Below, piece by piece: positions 28,951-41,599 of a stretch of 64,000 nucleotides of DNA. The notes under the pieces were generated by a model. The model was not told where the DNA came from and did not search any database. It saw nothing but the letters and a program-made list of their open reading frames with translations. The position numbers and the translations under genes are program-made. Source of the DNA: Harriotta raleighana (lineage: Eukaryota). The first letter of the stretch is position 1. Every line of letters begins with the position of its first letter. Location of the stretch: contig JBNZDD010013714.1 of the NCBI GenBank assembly GCA_050575255.1, positions 6,798,959 through 6,862,958 on the forward strand, in the 5' to 3' direction.

Positions 28951-29040
28951 ATGTTCAGTCTGACAAATTCTGACAGGAATGTTTGAATACTTGAGTTAAA
29001 GTGACCTCATGACGAATTATTGTACTGGCCATGAATAAAT

Positions 29041-29259
29041 CCTTTCGGTCTCAAAGCTCTTACGTGATTTTGTTTTCAGAGAAAGGCAGCAGCTGTTTCA
29101 GTGTATCTAGAAGATACGCTGCTGGCAGGGAAACTATTGCTAGGATAGTCACAAACCTATGAAGCCTGTCTCGGAGCTCTTCAGTGCCTTATCCTAGGGG
29201 CTCGAGCGTAAGAAGGCCTTGTGCTAAACAAATCTCCCTGGCCACCTCCTGAGAGGTGA
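29041..29259 (+). mobile_element. DIRS1-like reverse-transcriptase remnant, opposite orientation to the adjacent RNase H piece
   Basis: One frame from 29041: PFGLKALT*F...VSVYLEDTLLAG...SQTYEACLGALQCL...GLVLNKS, matching the RT motifs LPFGL, YLDDxLL and LGxxINxEKS. Confidence 0.55.
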
Positions 29260-30219
29260 TATGACCAGTCAGCCACACTGCAAGGAAAACATGAGAACAT
29301 AAAGCATGGATTGAGACAAAGGCCATTCAAACCACTGAATCCATTTGTTCCACACACCGTGTATAATATATAATTTGCTCTGTATACACATATGGAAAAT
29401 ATGAAGTTACCGCTTGTGCTGAGGCTAAGGGTAGCCTTAGTTTGGCACAATTAACTAATTGTGACAAAATTAACAACAGGTTGGGGATTGAATTCTACTG
29501 CTTCGACTAATTACTGCCATTTAGTGGCTATGTGTCTGTATTTTGCACACTGCTTGCACAGATATCTTTCTCTTCAATGCAAAATTTCAGTATTTGCAAA
29601 TGCAGTGTGCTCCCTTGATCAGAAAACTTGAACTGGGAAAATTAATGTGTGTGTGTCTATGTGTACAAAGCCAGTTGTAAATTCAGTGCATGTAACCCAC
29701 AACGACAATTGAATATGCTATCCATTCAATCCAAAACATGTTCAGAAATAGCAGAACAAGCAGTGACTAAACAGGTAAAATAAAGAGGGCCTAAACTAAA
29801 GGTGATTATTTACATAAAGAGCCTGAGGGTATTCAAAAAAATTAAAGAACAGATTTCCTCAGTGACAAACTGATAGTTATTTTGCTGCAAAGTTACTGAA
29901 AGCCAAATTACCAATGAGAGCCCAAGAGAGAGAATACTGGAATTCTGCAATGAGGTTCTAATTTGCATTGCATGACGCACAGAATGGTTCCTATGGTCTT
30001 CAGTGATTTTTTCATATAGACTTCAGTGTATCCACTTGGTTTTGATTTGCACCTTTGTTCTATTCAAGAAAGCAAAATAATCGATAAGTGAAATGCACTG
30101 CAACCAAAAAAATTATGAAATGCCACAAAGAAAAAAATTAAATAGCTTGCAAGTTATTGCCCTCATCAACCCCCCACACAAAAATTCCGAAAAGAAAATC
30201 ATTCATTGTATTAATTAAA

Positions 30220-30320
30220 GCAACACCATCCATCTCACCTTGATCAACAACGTGCACCCAAATCCTATCACTTGATATTTTTCAAACCATAATGTTGGCA
30301 TCTCTGATCCTCACCACCTG
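30220..30320 (+). mobile_element. Ancient LINE apurinic-endonuclease C-terminal remnant
   Basis: Translates NTIHLTLINN...NVGISDPHHL, resembling the GNTLDL...SDH motif of LINE APE domains. Confidence 0.4.
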
Positions 30321-30870
30321 GATTCTGTAGAATATCCCGTGGCTTTCCCTGATGGCTATGTGGAGGGATACATCTATGAGATATGTGGCCCACAGCCAGT
30401 ATTTAGGCACTCTGCCTGAATGATGGTGAGCAGAGGCCCATTTTCAACCTTTCCTATTTAAAACTTGTTGCCTGAACTGTTGAATGGTGTCTGTCTCGCA
30501 AGAAGAGGCAATAGAAGCAATAAAGACTATAACTAACTGTTGAAAAATATTCTATCTAGCAGAATATTGAAAAGTTTCTGGTGACAAGTTATTGCTAGTT
30601 TGTGTGCATGAGTTTGTTTGATGGGGAATCCATTACAGTCCTTTATCTCTTTATCATTCTTGGGGCTTGTATTGTTAATTTGGTTTATATGACAATGAAA
30701 TTCAATCCCAAATTACATTTGTTTATGAAGTATGTTCCTACATTCCCACCTCATAATAAAACCTTTGTTCCTCAATGGAAACTGGTCCTAATTGGCACTA
30801 TTTCAAGGATCCCTATTTTGAGTTACGAAACTGGGAAATTAAAATGCTCAGCAACAAATAAAGACTATTA

Positions 30871-31496
30871 TAGTAAAACCCTGTTTATCCGTGACTCGAT
30901 GAACCGGAAACCAAGTTAAATCCGAAGCTCAAAAAAAAGTCCTGATTCGATAAACCGGAAGTTATCCGACAGCATAGTGATGACACATTTAATGAATCGA
31001 TTGTCGCACGCGAGTACTGGTGCAGGTACTCGGCTGGCCGTTAGTTGAGTCTAAACTCGCTCCTGCTCCTTGTAAAAGTCGCAATTCAGCCATTTTTTTC
31101 CTCCATGGGTGGGGGCCGCCATTGTGAAGATAAGTATAAATAATACTGTACTAACACAATATTCTGTTATTATAGTATCTGTTATTAGTGTATTTAGTCT
31201 ATTATTTATATAGTATTGTTCAACATTTACAATAAAGTAGCCATACAATATTCTGTTATTACAGTATCTGTTATTACTGTATTTACTCTATTATTTATAT
31301 GGTACAACGTACAACATTTACAATAAAATACCCATACAATATTGTTATTATCTGTTATTATTTAATCTATTATTACTATGGTATGTGTTAAAATAGTTTT
31401 TAATTAAAACATTTTTTTAAAAAAACATTCAACCAGAAAACCGTTCAACTGCCACTGGCCAGGTCCCATGGGTGCTGGATAAATAGGGTTTTACTT
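30871..31496. mobile_element. pogo/Tigger-like MITE family A, long copy with internal ~90-100 bp AT-rich duplication
   Basis: Same termini as 9648-9790 (tagtaaaaccctgtttatccgtgactcgatgaaccgg ... gccactggccaggtcccatgggtgctggataaatagggttttact). Interior homologous to 48951-49452. Confidence 0.85.
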
Positions 31497-33119
31497 TTTC
31501 TTGAAAAGTACATGACCTACCCATTGAAACAAGCTACAGTATTTACACAATGGACAAAACTTTGTGTGGTGTCTCATTCAGGCAGAGTACACTTCCAGAT
31601 TTTCTAACGCAAATTGCAAAAGAGACTAATATGTAATTTTTCCAGCTCAAAGTTCATGATTTGTGGTGCAAGGACACAGAACTAAAGAATGAGAGCGACC
31701 CTAAATTTTGTAATAAACTTCAATGTTTTGAACTTTTATGGGTTCTTAGCTTGAATAATAATGTCCTATAAATGTTGTACAAGTCAAATTATGATTTCTG
31801 TGTCACTGATAACCTTTGACTTATGTTGTTAAATCCCTTTTTTGTGTCAAACTCTGTGGGTGCACCACATTGCAGTTAGCTCAGTGGCTAACAGAATGGT
31901 AGGTATACAGCACTGTTTCCATACTGCACCATGGTTAAAACCATGTCAAACAATTTAATGTTCCTGGAATTATTAGAGCAGTGGGCACTCTGTCAAAGCT
32001 CACTATTATCATCATGGCTACAATTGTAAATCCTAATTGCACATCCTCAGTAAGTGGATGAGTTAATGATTGGAACTTGACTGTTAGTTGACAAGCATAT
32101 TAAGATCAATGCACATTATGATATATGAGCTGAAGGCTGCATCTGAACTTTAATGTATATGGACTAAGATATGTGCAGTTATGAATTCAAGTTCAGCACA
32201 TCAATTTTAATGTGGTCTGACCTTCATCGGTCATGGAAAAGTGCTTTGGCTGGAAATCAGACTTTAGAAAAACCTTTTGTTATCGAGTCAAACATAAATA
32301 TTACTATTTAATGATGCACTTTTAATTATACAAACATTTAAGGAACAACTAAGTTATAGTCAGTTGTAAGTAAGAGTGCAGTAATTTTAGCAAGAGCACT
32401 CCCTTTATCAAATTCTTTGGCAAAACACATGTGTTTCCTGTTTCAGGAGTAAAAAAAAGAGCCATGAGCTATGTATAGTTTAGAGCACAACAATGTTTAG
32501 CAGAAGTCTTGCAGTAAAGTCATTCAGTATAATTTAAGAGTAGCATTTGCCAAAATAAATTGAAAAGATGTTGGGATCCTTTTAAAACAAAGGGTTCTCA
32601 ATCAACACATTGTTGAAATTGTTGTGAAAGTATTGGCAACATTTCCTTGTGTAACATTTGTTTTATTTATTGGGACGTACTTCTGACATGAAAGACGCTG
32701 TATAAATGTAATTTTGTTGTTGGTGTTGTTATTGTTGATGTTTATTTGTGTGACATGGGTTGATTATTCATGAACACCTCACCTATATATCAAACCTACA
32801 GCATAAGAAGATGAGCAATTGGATTTACTTACTATCCATGACACCTCAGAGAACGTTCACAGAACAGGCAGAGGTTCCTTAGCCCATTGTGCTAGTTCCC
32901 AATCCCCCGGAGCTATCCTATTCTAATCCCACTCCCTTACACTTTCCCCAAATACAATGTAAACACTTGAATATCATCCATATGTTTTCTCCCCCAGGAA
33001 ATGCTTCATTTGGGGATCTTCATTTAAACAGAAAGCTCAGAACTGACGACACATGTGAAGTACTGCATTGAATCTAGTTTTATCTCTCACATCAGCTAGT
33101 CTGAACAGTGTCCAAAAAG

Positions 33120-33812
33120 CAAATTGGTGATCCTTCCTCCCCCACATTCTGTTCCTTACCAGCACTGCTTTCTTCCATCTCCGCCACATTGCCCATCTCT
33201 GCCAATACTTCACGTCAACAGAAGCCAAAACCCTGGTTCATGCCTTTGTCACCTCTCGGCTGGAATACTCCAGCACCCTCCTCACTGGTCTCCCCTCCTC
33301 CACCATCCACACAATTCAACTCATACAAAACTCTGCCACCTGCATTCTCACCTACACCAAACTTTGCAACTCGATTACCCCAGTCCTTGTCAAACTACGC
33401 TGGGTCCCTGTCACAGAGAGGATTGACTTCACAATCCTCATCCTTCTATTTAAATCCCTTCACTCCTCTGCACCGCCACCTCTCTAACCTCCTCTCTCCT
33501 CACAATGTACCCGCTGCCTCCGCTCTACTGGGTCTGGCTTCTTCCTTGCCCCCGAATCCTTCGCTTCACCGTCGGCGGCTGTGCTTTCAGCCACTATGCT
33601 CCAAAACTCTGGAACTCCCTCGCTCAACCCCTTGGCCTCACTCCTCCTTTCACATCTCAGGTCACAAGTGAAGACCTTTCTCCTTGACCGCGCTTGCAGT
33701 CACCTTCCCCATCCCCTGGCTCAGCCTTGGCCTCGGGCCGCGCCACTGGAAAGCACTCTAAGACACCACCCACATGGAGTCTGTCATATAATTGCAAGTT
33801 GTTGTCGTTGCA
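33120..33812 (+). mobile_element. 5'-truncated, decayed L2 fragment
   Basis: Frameshifted ORF2 end (LVHAFVTSRLEYS...; GGCAFSHYAPKLWNSL; VKTFLL) and degenerate (TTG)n tail. Confidence 0.85.
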
Positions 33813-33959
33813 GTGGTGAGTGATTGGCAGAAAAGGATGAGCAAAATTTGCCAAAGCTCTTTGCAATTTTGACATATATGGTGTTTGACACTTAATGTCA
33901 TTAAAGCAAGGCTTAATTAAAAGGCAGCTTCAAAAGATGCAGGTAACAATAGGCTGTTA

Positions 33960-34800
33960 ATGTGCATGCCTACATCTGGAAAGCAGACTGTTTCTCTCAG
34001 GACTAGTTTTGTTTTTACTGAGCCTTGGCATCCTTCATGGGCTAAAGCTAGTACTCACATCTGCAAGAAGAAATGGAATTACAATTCAAGCTCCCCGAAG
34101 ACAGTTGTCTTCATTTGGTAATGCGGTCATTCATGGCCTATTTGGAAAATATTTTAAATGCTTCCACACTTCTACACTGTCAGTGATCTCTTTGTCAGTT
34201 TAAGTTCAGTTCTGAGTTCTGATTATATCTCTCAATCGCTGCACTGGAGAATCATTCTTTTTTTCTCTCTCTGTCTCTCTTTAGACTTCCTGCGATGTCA
34301 CTGCTTTGGGAATTGCATTGGCGGCAGTGAAATTGATGTGTTCTTCTTTGATTTTTGTGATCCTACTGTTCAGCAGGGTTTCATCAGACAGTGGTTGCCT
34401 TGACATAAAGACTGCTGGATTATTTTCACCAGCTCTGGGGAACGACCTTGAAACAATATGGATGTAAGTGTAATCCTAGTTATTCCATGTAAGATCATGG
34501 TTTCGATTTGGGGTTGCTAAAAGTGAGCTCCAGCGGTTTGTGATCAGTGATCATTGTAAACTGAGCCTCTAGAGGATGAAATGAGAGTATTTGTGACTCC
34601 ATACTATGGCTATTACTTAACATTTGTAAATGAGACTGTTCAATTTTTTCTGTGCTCTTCCAGTGTTGCCTTTCTTTGGACAAGTGAGGCTGGGCTGGCA
34701 TCAGCAAGACTTCAATCAACTTGAATAGGTCATTGAATACCAGCAGCTTCCCTTGATAGCACAGCAGGTATAGGTGTAGCCTGGTGGCGTCCTTGGCCAT
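33960..34800 (-). mobile_element. Ty3/Gypsy LTR-retrotransposon pol fossil (RNase H through integrase zinc-binding N-terminus)
   Basis: Antisense frames give ADASP...AIVWSH...FTMITDHKPLELTFSNPKSKP*...LHPYCFKV..RAGENNPAVFMSRQP (RNase H), KEEHINFTAANAIPKAVT (linker) and LRGA*IVIP...LALAHEGCQGSVKTKLVLRETVCFP (integrase HHCC start). Stops and frameshifts present; no LTRs seen. Confidence 0.85.
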
Positions 34801-37464
34801 TATAGACCAGAAGGTTACAGGAACAAATTTATTTTTAGTTACAAAATCAGTGAAAAAATCTTATTTGTATTTATAACTATACAATTGCAATGTCATGATA
34901 GCACAAGCATTTTCTTAAATTTAGTAGGAGAATTGTTTTATATAATTCTGGAACTAGACTTTCAGATGTTTGTTTTTTATTAGGTGGCACCACAGATGAG
35001 GACATATTCCTAAAGTTTAGGTGCTGGGAAATTTGCAGTAGAACAATTTCAAAAATTATGATTTCTCTATGACTATTTAATGCATATACGGTATTTAGCT
35101 TTTGTTCTTCGGGTAGGAAATGCTTCTGAAATGATCATTAATTGCACTTGATCTTTGTTCCCTTTTTTGTTTCTCCAACTCAGTTTGTGGACAGGTTTAA
35201 TATTTTTGACCAATAATCTGCCATGATCTAATAAACTGATGTAATAGAATCAAAAGGATGAATTGCCTTGTCCATGTTCTTATAGTACCCACACAGCAAT
35301 AATTTCTATTGTGTGTATAGACAGTGTATATATTAACCAATCTCAATATCCTGATGGTAAGATCAGATATCAGCAAATTGGCATTTGGGTGATTTTTTTG
35401 TCTAACCATATCCCTTTCATATTTCAGATATTTCATCTTTTATGTTAATTAGAGCTCATGAAACACAGAGAGAATGGCAGACTCACGGGAGAAGATTGAG
35501 TGCCTGAAGTATAACTCCAGCCAGGAGAAAGCTGCGGGCAATGAGAAATAAGTGCTGAAGACTCATGAATTGGTCATTATTTAGCTTTGCGGAAGAAGAA
35601 GAATGGGAGCAGATGAACACCAGAAAACCTCTGAGAAGAGTGTTTGAGCTGTAAATACCAAAGTTGTAATGAGTATAATTCTTATTTTAGATGCTGCTTT
35701 GACATTAAGTTTAGTTAGTGTTAAGGGACAATAAAACTTATTTATTACAAGTTAGGCTACTGCTTCCTATCAGAGTTTTAACAATTCTATTACACTAGTT
35801 TTGACCTTTAATTCATGTATTCTTGGATCTGAAATATAATTGGAATTCCAGAAGATGACAATCATTTAGTATATTGAATAAATACTATAAGCTTCATCCA
35901 CAATAGTTAAAATGTAGAGTCATTCCAGCTGGATAAATGTGTACAATGCAATGTTGCTGTTTAGGTCATCGCTTTTCTTAGTAATTTAAATGAACCATTT
36001 CTCTGTCTGATATTTGATGGGCTTTGGATGGGATTTGAAATTTTACAGCAGTCACCCAGGAACCATGCAACATTGGCCAAACAGTTCTGTAGCAAACGAG
36101 TCAAAAGACTCCACTCAGCTAGAATGCAGCTACCCTAACTTAAAGTTAAACAGATAATAAAAATCACCTTTATGCTTCCCCAATTCTCCATGTTTACCTG
36201 TTCTCCCTGCCCCCCATCTGTCCTTCCACCCCTATCCTTCCCGTCGTCCCCCCTCCTTCCCGTGGGTAGGTATATTAAGGTATTCACACTTCGGAACAAG
36301 GTGACAGAATACACTTGCCAAAGCTTTCAATAATTGGCTCCATATTCTGTTTTTGTCGTGTCTGTTGCAGACGGTCATTATTGATTTAGGACGGCATTCT
36401 TGCATAGTCAAGAATGACCTAACGATTTATAATCACTGAGTTTGATGAAGCTCTAAGATAGAGCAAACAGCCAGCTCCACTTCAAACTGCTGTGACCTTG
36501 ACAATGCCTCAAAAGTTGTTTTATTCCAGAGAAGTTGTTCCATTGTTGCACAAGTAAGGAGTCAAATTTGGAAATATTTTCAGGATTGTTTCGGTCAGTG
36601 GATCGCATTGTTTGAAGGGTATCACTGGGCAATTTATATTGATATTCTTGCTTGAGGAAGAGAACATAAGTTAATCATTGAAACTTGAGTTATGATAAAC
36701 AGGAAACTCTGACCTCCCTATGGCGTGCCAGCTGTTGGTTATCTAGTCTTGCTTTGGACCTGAGACCTTGCCACCTCACTCTTTACTCTGACCTGAAGCT
36801 GACTGCATAGTTTGCAGAAGCATCTTGTAATCCTGAGATTAATTGTTTCCAGTATCTGAACTGGAAAAAAAAAGTGCAATTAAGAGAATCAGTCAGTGTG
36901 CAGACAGAAATTAGGTGTTTGAGTGGCTGCACTGATTTCTATTGATCTATGAACTGATTATTTGACTCCTTGTGGACGAAACAATGGAATATTAGTGCTC
37001 AGATTTTAGTATCACTACTGGAAAGTAATTTAATTTGATCAAAACTGCCATTCTAACACATGCAAAGTGAATTTGGAGACTAAAATTGTTCTCAGAATAA
37101 GTAATCTCTCTCCATTCAAATTCACTGTTACTATATATGAAGGCTATATGATATTTGCTGCAATCTACTGGAAAAGATTTTTAATACCCATCTAAAATCA
37201 GTGATCTTCAGTAATTTAGCCCACCTGCCATTTTCGCATAACAAGTATATATTTTGGCATTAAAAAGAGACCCAAGGTGTCACACGGTTCAAAGAACAAG
37301 TAATATAGAAACAAAGAAGGATCCAGGTTTGTCCTGTCCTAATGTGGCGGATGAATGAATATTGCAGAGCTTTTGTTTGATTGATTTTGTTGTTAAAACA
37401 CTTTTCGAATATTTCCCCCTTAGGAAAGAGTGAATTAACAGCGGATAGTTTTTTTGCTTGATCG

Positions 37465-37975
37465 TAATAATAATCCTTACATTTGGTATAGCGCCTTATC
37501 ATATCTGAGACGTCTGAAAGTGTTTCACAGAATATAATGTAAAGTGTATATGATCTATGGAGGGAGCAGGCTTAACAGTCTATTATTACTGGCTTGACAG
37601 GCTCAATGTTCTTTACTTGTTCTCTACTTACGCAGTGTCCCTTCCACTTGCTGTAATTTTGCCATGTCGTTAAGACATCTCAAAATATACAGTAAAGTGA
37701 AGTGACTGTATTTTTTGTGGGTGAAACGTGGCAGCCAATTGCGCACAGCAGCGTCCCACAAATATTCGTGAATTGAAATGACTAATTTATTCTATTTTGA
37801 AAGAATTATTAGCCACAGAAAAGCGATCCACCAATCAACCAACAACCAGGTTCCTATTTACTGCTAGACAAAGACGTGTGGAGTAAGGAAATTTGCTCAA
37901 CATTTCACCCTGTCGGGAATTGAACCCAAGTCTCTCGCTTGCAAGACAAGTGCTGCAACCAATTCACGTGACAGT
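37465..37975 (-). mobile_element. Long-subfamily SINE (about 37655-37975) plus an adjacent second SINE tail (about 37465-37550)
   Basis: Antisense tRNA head near 37915-37970 (gggaattgaacccaag), central block aaccaggttcctatttactgctagac, core cgtggcagccaattgcgcacagcagcgtcccacaaa. Confidence 0.8.
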
Positions 37976-39377
37976 ACATTCTGTGAATTGCTTTCACACA
38001 TCTCAATGACGGCGGGATAAGGCGTCAAATAACAAGGATTAATATTATAAGTGCATTTCAAGATAGTAATACATCTTGCAGTTCTGGCTCCTAATATCAT
38101 CTGAATCTTTGGCAAGTTATTATTTTACAACACATTCCTAACTGTGGATCAAACTCACAGCTGTGTGTTACAATTTTGTGAATTCTGTTCACTTGGCACC
38201 CAACTCTACTTGTATGAAGTTAAATTGAAAATCAAAACTAGTAAACAGACCATCATAATGTGTTATACTCCCTAGGTCTGACTTGAAACTTATAGCATGC
38301 CACATTTGCTTTTCTTTTCGATACATAGCACAAAACCTTCAAGCTAGTAGACAGATATCAAGAGCTTAGCTGTCATCTCAAATGACATGAGTCAACTTAA
38401 ATGTTCAAGAGTCTCCTGAAACAGAGTGCGACTGTTAAATAGCAGGGACTTAGATGGGAATTGAAGGCTGAAATCAAATCTTAAAGTACAAATGTGCAAA
38501 GCCAGGTGAAATTCACAAAATTTAACAATGTGTCTGTCTTCTGCTTCAGTTGTGTGTGGTGATCTCACTAAAATTCCATATTACTCAACCCTGTGAATTA
38601 TTGGCCCAGTGGAGGATCACAATGTTCTGCAGAACATTGCAGTGATTTTCAAGGTGTGTTGATGACTAACGGTACCTGTCTGCTTCTACATATTTAGAGG
38701 GGCGGGGACAGTGGGAGAGAAAGTTGCAAATAGTTGCAAAACTATTGCTATTGCCAAAACCTGCAGCTGTGAAAATACACCCTATAAGGAAGATGAGAAG
38801 TGGCTCACTTACATTATATTGTTGGGCTGATATATTTACTGCAATCAGAAATGACTTGTAAAGAAACCTTATAATCTTGACTTTGTGTCCAGCGCCTTGG
38901 GACGTCCTCCTGAAGTGAAACGCGCTCTATAAGTGTAATTTTGTTGTTGTTGTTGTTGTTTACACTTTATGTAGCTTCAGTTGTGTTATGAATTAACTGA
39001 TATGGCAGCCTTTAAGCTGTGTTTGTTAGAAACCTATTTCCTGTTCCATGAATAGACTTGACGGAAATACCCCTTAATGTATCCACACTACCTACTTCAG
39101 AACTCATTTTGATCAACGTGTTGTTTTAGGAATACAGGCTACTCAATATCACCAACATTCATTGGATATTGCATATTTCTACAATGTATCCGACTGTATT
39201 AATGTCCTTATGTTTCTACTATTTACAGATCTTTACATTGGATATATCATCTATTAGGAATGAGGCTTGTGATCAGATAGAGAGGGGCAGATTCTAGATA
39301 ATAATAATCATATATAATCTTAATCATATAAATATTTTATAAATTTGACCTATTTATATGAAGAGTCGTTCATGGAT

Positions 39378-39676
39378 GGAAAATCCCTGTAGTTCAGTGG
39401 TTAGAGCACTCGCCTTACAAGCAACAGCCCTGGGTTTGATTTCAGGCAGGGCGAAACCTTGGGGAAGCTGCCCTATACCACACGCCTAATAATAATCCCA
39501 CAAAAAAAATTGGTCATTTCAATCCACGACTGTTTGTGGGACACAGCTGTGCACAATTGGCTGCTGCATTTTGCCCACATATAGTCAGTTAATTCACTTT
39601 GCAATATATTCTGTGAAGCGCTTTAAGAAATCTAGAAGATGTAAAAAGTGCTTTTTCAAATGTCAGGATTATTTTT
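39378..39676 (+). mobile_element. Full-length tRNA-derived SINE (Deu-type core, L2-like 3' tail), short subfamily
   Basis: A box TAGTTCAGTGG, B box GGTTTGATTTC, core ctgtttgtgggacac..ctgtgcacaattggctgc, tail gtgaagcgcttt...aaagtgc...tcaaatg..aggattatt. Confidence 0.88.
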
Positions 39677-40594
39677 GTTAAAATACCGCCTTAAATCACA
39701 GCCAGTGATAGCGAATCCTGATGAAGTCTGAAACTCTGGCAGGAAATATCAGAGATGGGAAGTACTACAACAATAACTTGGATTTATACAGTGCCTTTTT
39801 TGTGAAGGGTAATGCCTAGGAGTTCTTTACAAGCATGGCGTTGGCTGTCAAGCAAGAGTGAGGGGGTGGTTAACACTCAAAGAGAGAACGAGAGGGGACG
39901 AGACAAAGTATGGAATGATTCATGAAAATGAAATGTTTCACAATGTACAACGAAGGTGCGAACTGTTCCATTTGTGATGCGGGGAAACTCTTGGGTTTCC
40001 CGAGCAGAAACCTTCACCCTCTCGTGGGTCTCGCCTACATTCCAGCCACATGCCAGGCTGCGGGCAAAGGAGCAGCTGCGATCGCAGTGCTTCACACTGG
40101 ACACTTTGTGGCTCGCCTTGTGCTTTTTTTCCCCCCCAAAAGAACAATTATGACCACACGCGGTTTTGCACCACAAGTTGAATCATATGTCAAGGCTCTG
40201 GGAGGGGTGGGTTGAGCACATTTTCGCACATACTGTACTTTTAAGGGATCAGGGCACTGGACTGGGTGAATTCTGCAGAGAACTCTAGGTTCTGTTTGTG
40301 GTTTGACTGTTGTGTGTGTGTGTGTGTGTGTGGTGGGGGGGTTTTTTTTTTGCACACATCATCATCAGGCTCTTTCCACTCACTGGGTTGAAGGCAGGAA
40401 GCCTGCAGCTCCTTCCTTGTGGGTGGGAGGGATCTTTTCTCAAGAGCTGGTGTGTGTGTGTGTGTTGTGTGTGTTGCTTGATCTTAAAACCCAGCCTGTT
40501 ATTACTAGTCTGGGCGCTGTCACACACAAAAAAAACCCACAAATATCAACCGAGTTTCTCGATGATCCTTTTCTGCAGCTGCAGTTGCAGCAGA

Positions 40595-40625
<31 letters not shown>

Positions 40626-40859
40626 ATGAGAGAGAGAAAATAGAGACGATTGCGAAACGATAACAACCACCACACACAGCAAACACAACAACTAACTGTA
40701 CTAGAGAAGAAGTAAACATTCCAGCAGATGTGCAATAGTTAGAAGGGAAACTGATGGATCTCAGGTCAATTACAGGTGCTTTATTGGCTGCTGCTGCTGA
40801 TTGAGTGCAGCAAAGTCTGGAGTCAATTTGCTGCTGTGTCTGTGTGTCTGTGTGTGTGG

Positions 40860-41190
40860 GGGGGGGGGGGGGGGATTTTGATGTGAAAGAACGCTGCGTT
40901 GTCGGAGGTGGCGACTGTACGGGTCAGACTTTGAACTCGGGTCTCGGGTGGGAGTTAAACGCTCCGCAGCTACGTCAGNAGGGAGGAGTTGCGTTGCTTG
41001 GGGTTGGTTTGTTTGCGTCTTTCGTTGCTCACCTCTGTCTGTGCTTCCCGTGTATGTATGTATGTATGTGTGTGCGTGTGTATGTATGTGTGTGTGTGTG
41101 TGTGTGTGAATGAATGAATGAGTGAGAGTGACTCAGTGAGTGTGAGTGAGTGAGTCAGTGAGTGAGTGTAACTGCAAGAGATGGCGGCTG
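40860..41190 (+). promoter_or_regulatory. Putative TATA-less, CpG-enriched promoter/5' UTR of the PEDS1-like gene
   Basis: Local CpG enrichment, CRE-like TACGTCA at 40971-40977, YY1-like AGATGGCGGC overlapping the ATG, flanked by (TG)n/(TGAG)n repeats. TSS not determinable. Confidence 0.55.
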
Positions 41191-41346
41191 CTTCTCGGCT
41201 GTCGGAGGGGGACACTGAGCAGCGGTCCATGGCTGAGGAGGATCCGAACGGCAATGAACACGGAGCCGGGGCTGGCAGCAGCTCAGTGCCTCGCTGGGGA
41301 CCTCAACATGCTGGGGCCAGGCAGCTAGCGCAGCTGTACTCGCCGG
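41181..41346 (+). CDS. PEDS1: PEDS1/TMEM189-family plasmanylethanolamine desaturase, coding exon 1 (MAAASRL...[20 protein letters not shown])
   Basis: Strong Kozak gagATGG. Contains the hallmark N-terminal motif RWGxQHAGARxLAxLYSPG of TMEM189/PEDS1. Donor G|GTAAGG at 41347, phase 1. Orthology versus paralogy to human PEDS1 is unresolved. Confidence 0.92.
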
Positions 41347-41599
41347 GTAAGGAGCTCAAGAGAGAGAGACAGACAGAGAGACAGAGAGAGAGAGACAGAG
41401 AGAGAGACTGCCTTATAACCAGCTAGTTTAACACTGAGGACACCCCCTGTACACACACACACACCATGGAAAGCACCGTACATGGTGGGGTTGGTCCATT
41501 ATAAACAGCTATTCTGAGACCCTCCCAGGTGAGAGTAGCTGCAATGGGAAGGAACCACCCACCCACTCACCCAGGGCATAAATTTCTATTCTCATCAGG

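Larger units (their letters stand above)
40308..41465. repeat. Cluster of microsatellites ((TG)n, (AG)n, (TGAG)n, (TATG)n, poly-G) around PEDS1-like exon 1
   Basis: Directly visible at about 40310-40330, 40450-40475, 40596-40637, 40836-40874, 41050-41168, 41360-41407 and 41450-41464. Confidence 0.95.

Noticed and set aside
35160-35700. Strong acceptor-like sites and a purine-rich exon-like stretch between the two genes
   Set aside because: All frames after the candidate acceptors hit early stops and resemble no known protein; cannot support an exon or pseudogene.
36883-36940. Imperfect inverted repeat (aatcagt..gtgcag / ctgcactgatt) as a possible pre-miRNA
   Set aside because: Stem is short and interrupted with a large loop; no recognisable miRNA.
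39718-39756. CTGATGA-agtct-GAAA followed by a ctctg/cagag stem, resembling a minimal hammerhead ribozyme
   Set aside because: No UH cleavage triplet after stem III, and the flanks cannot form stem I.
39877-41254. Dense cluster of overlapping ORFs upstream of PEDS1-like exon 1
   Set aside because: Explained by stop-poor (TG)n/(CA)n microsatellites and higher GC (CVCV/THTH runs); no protein-like features.
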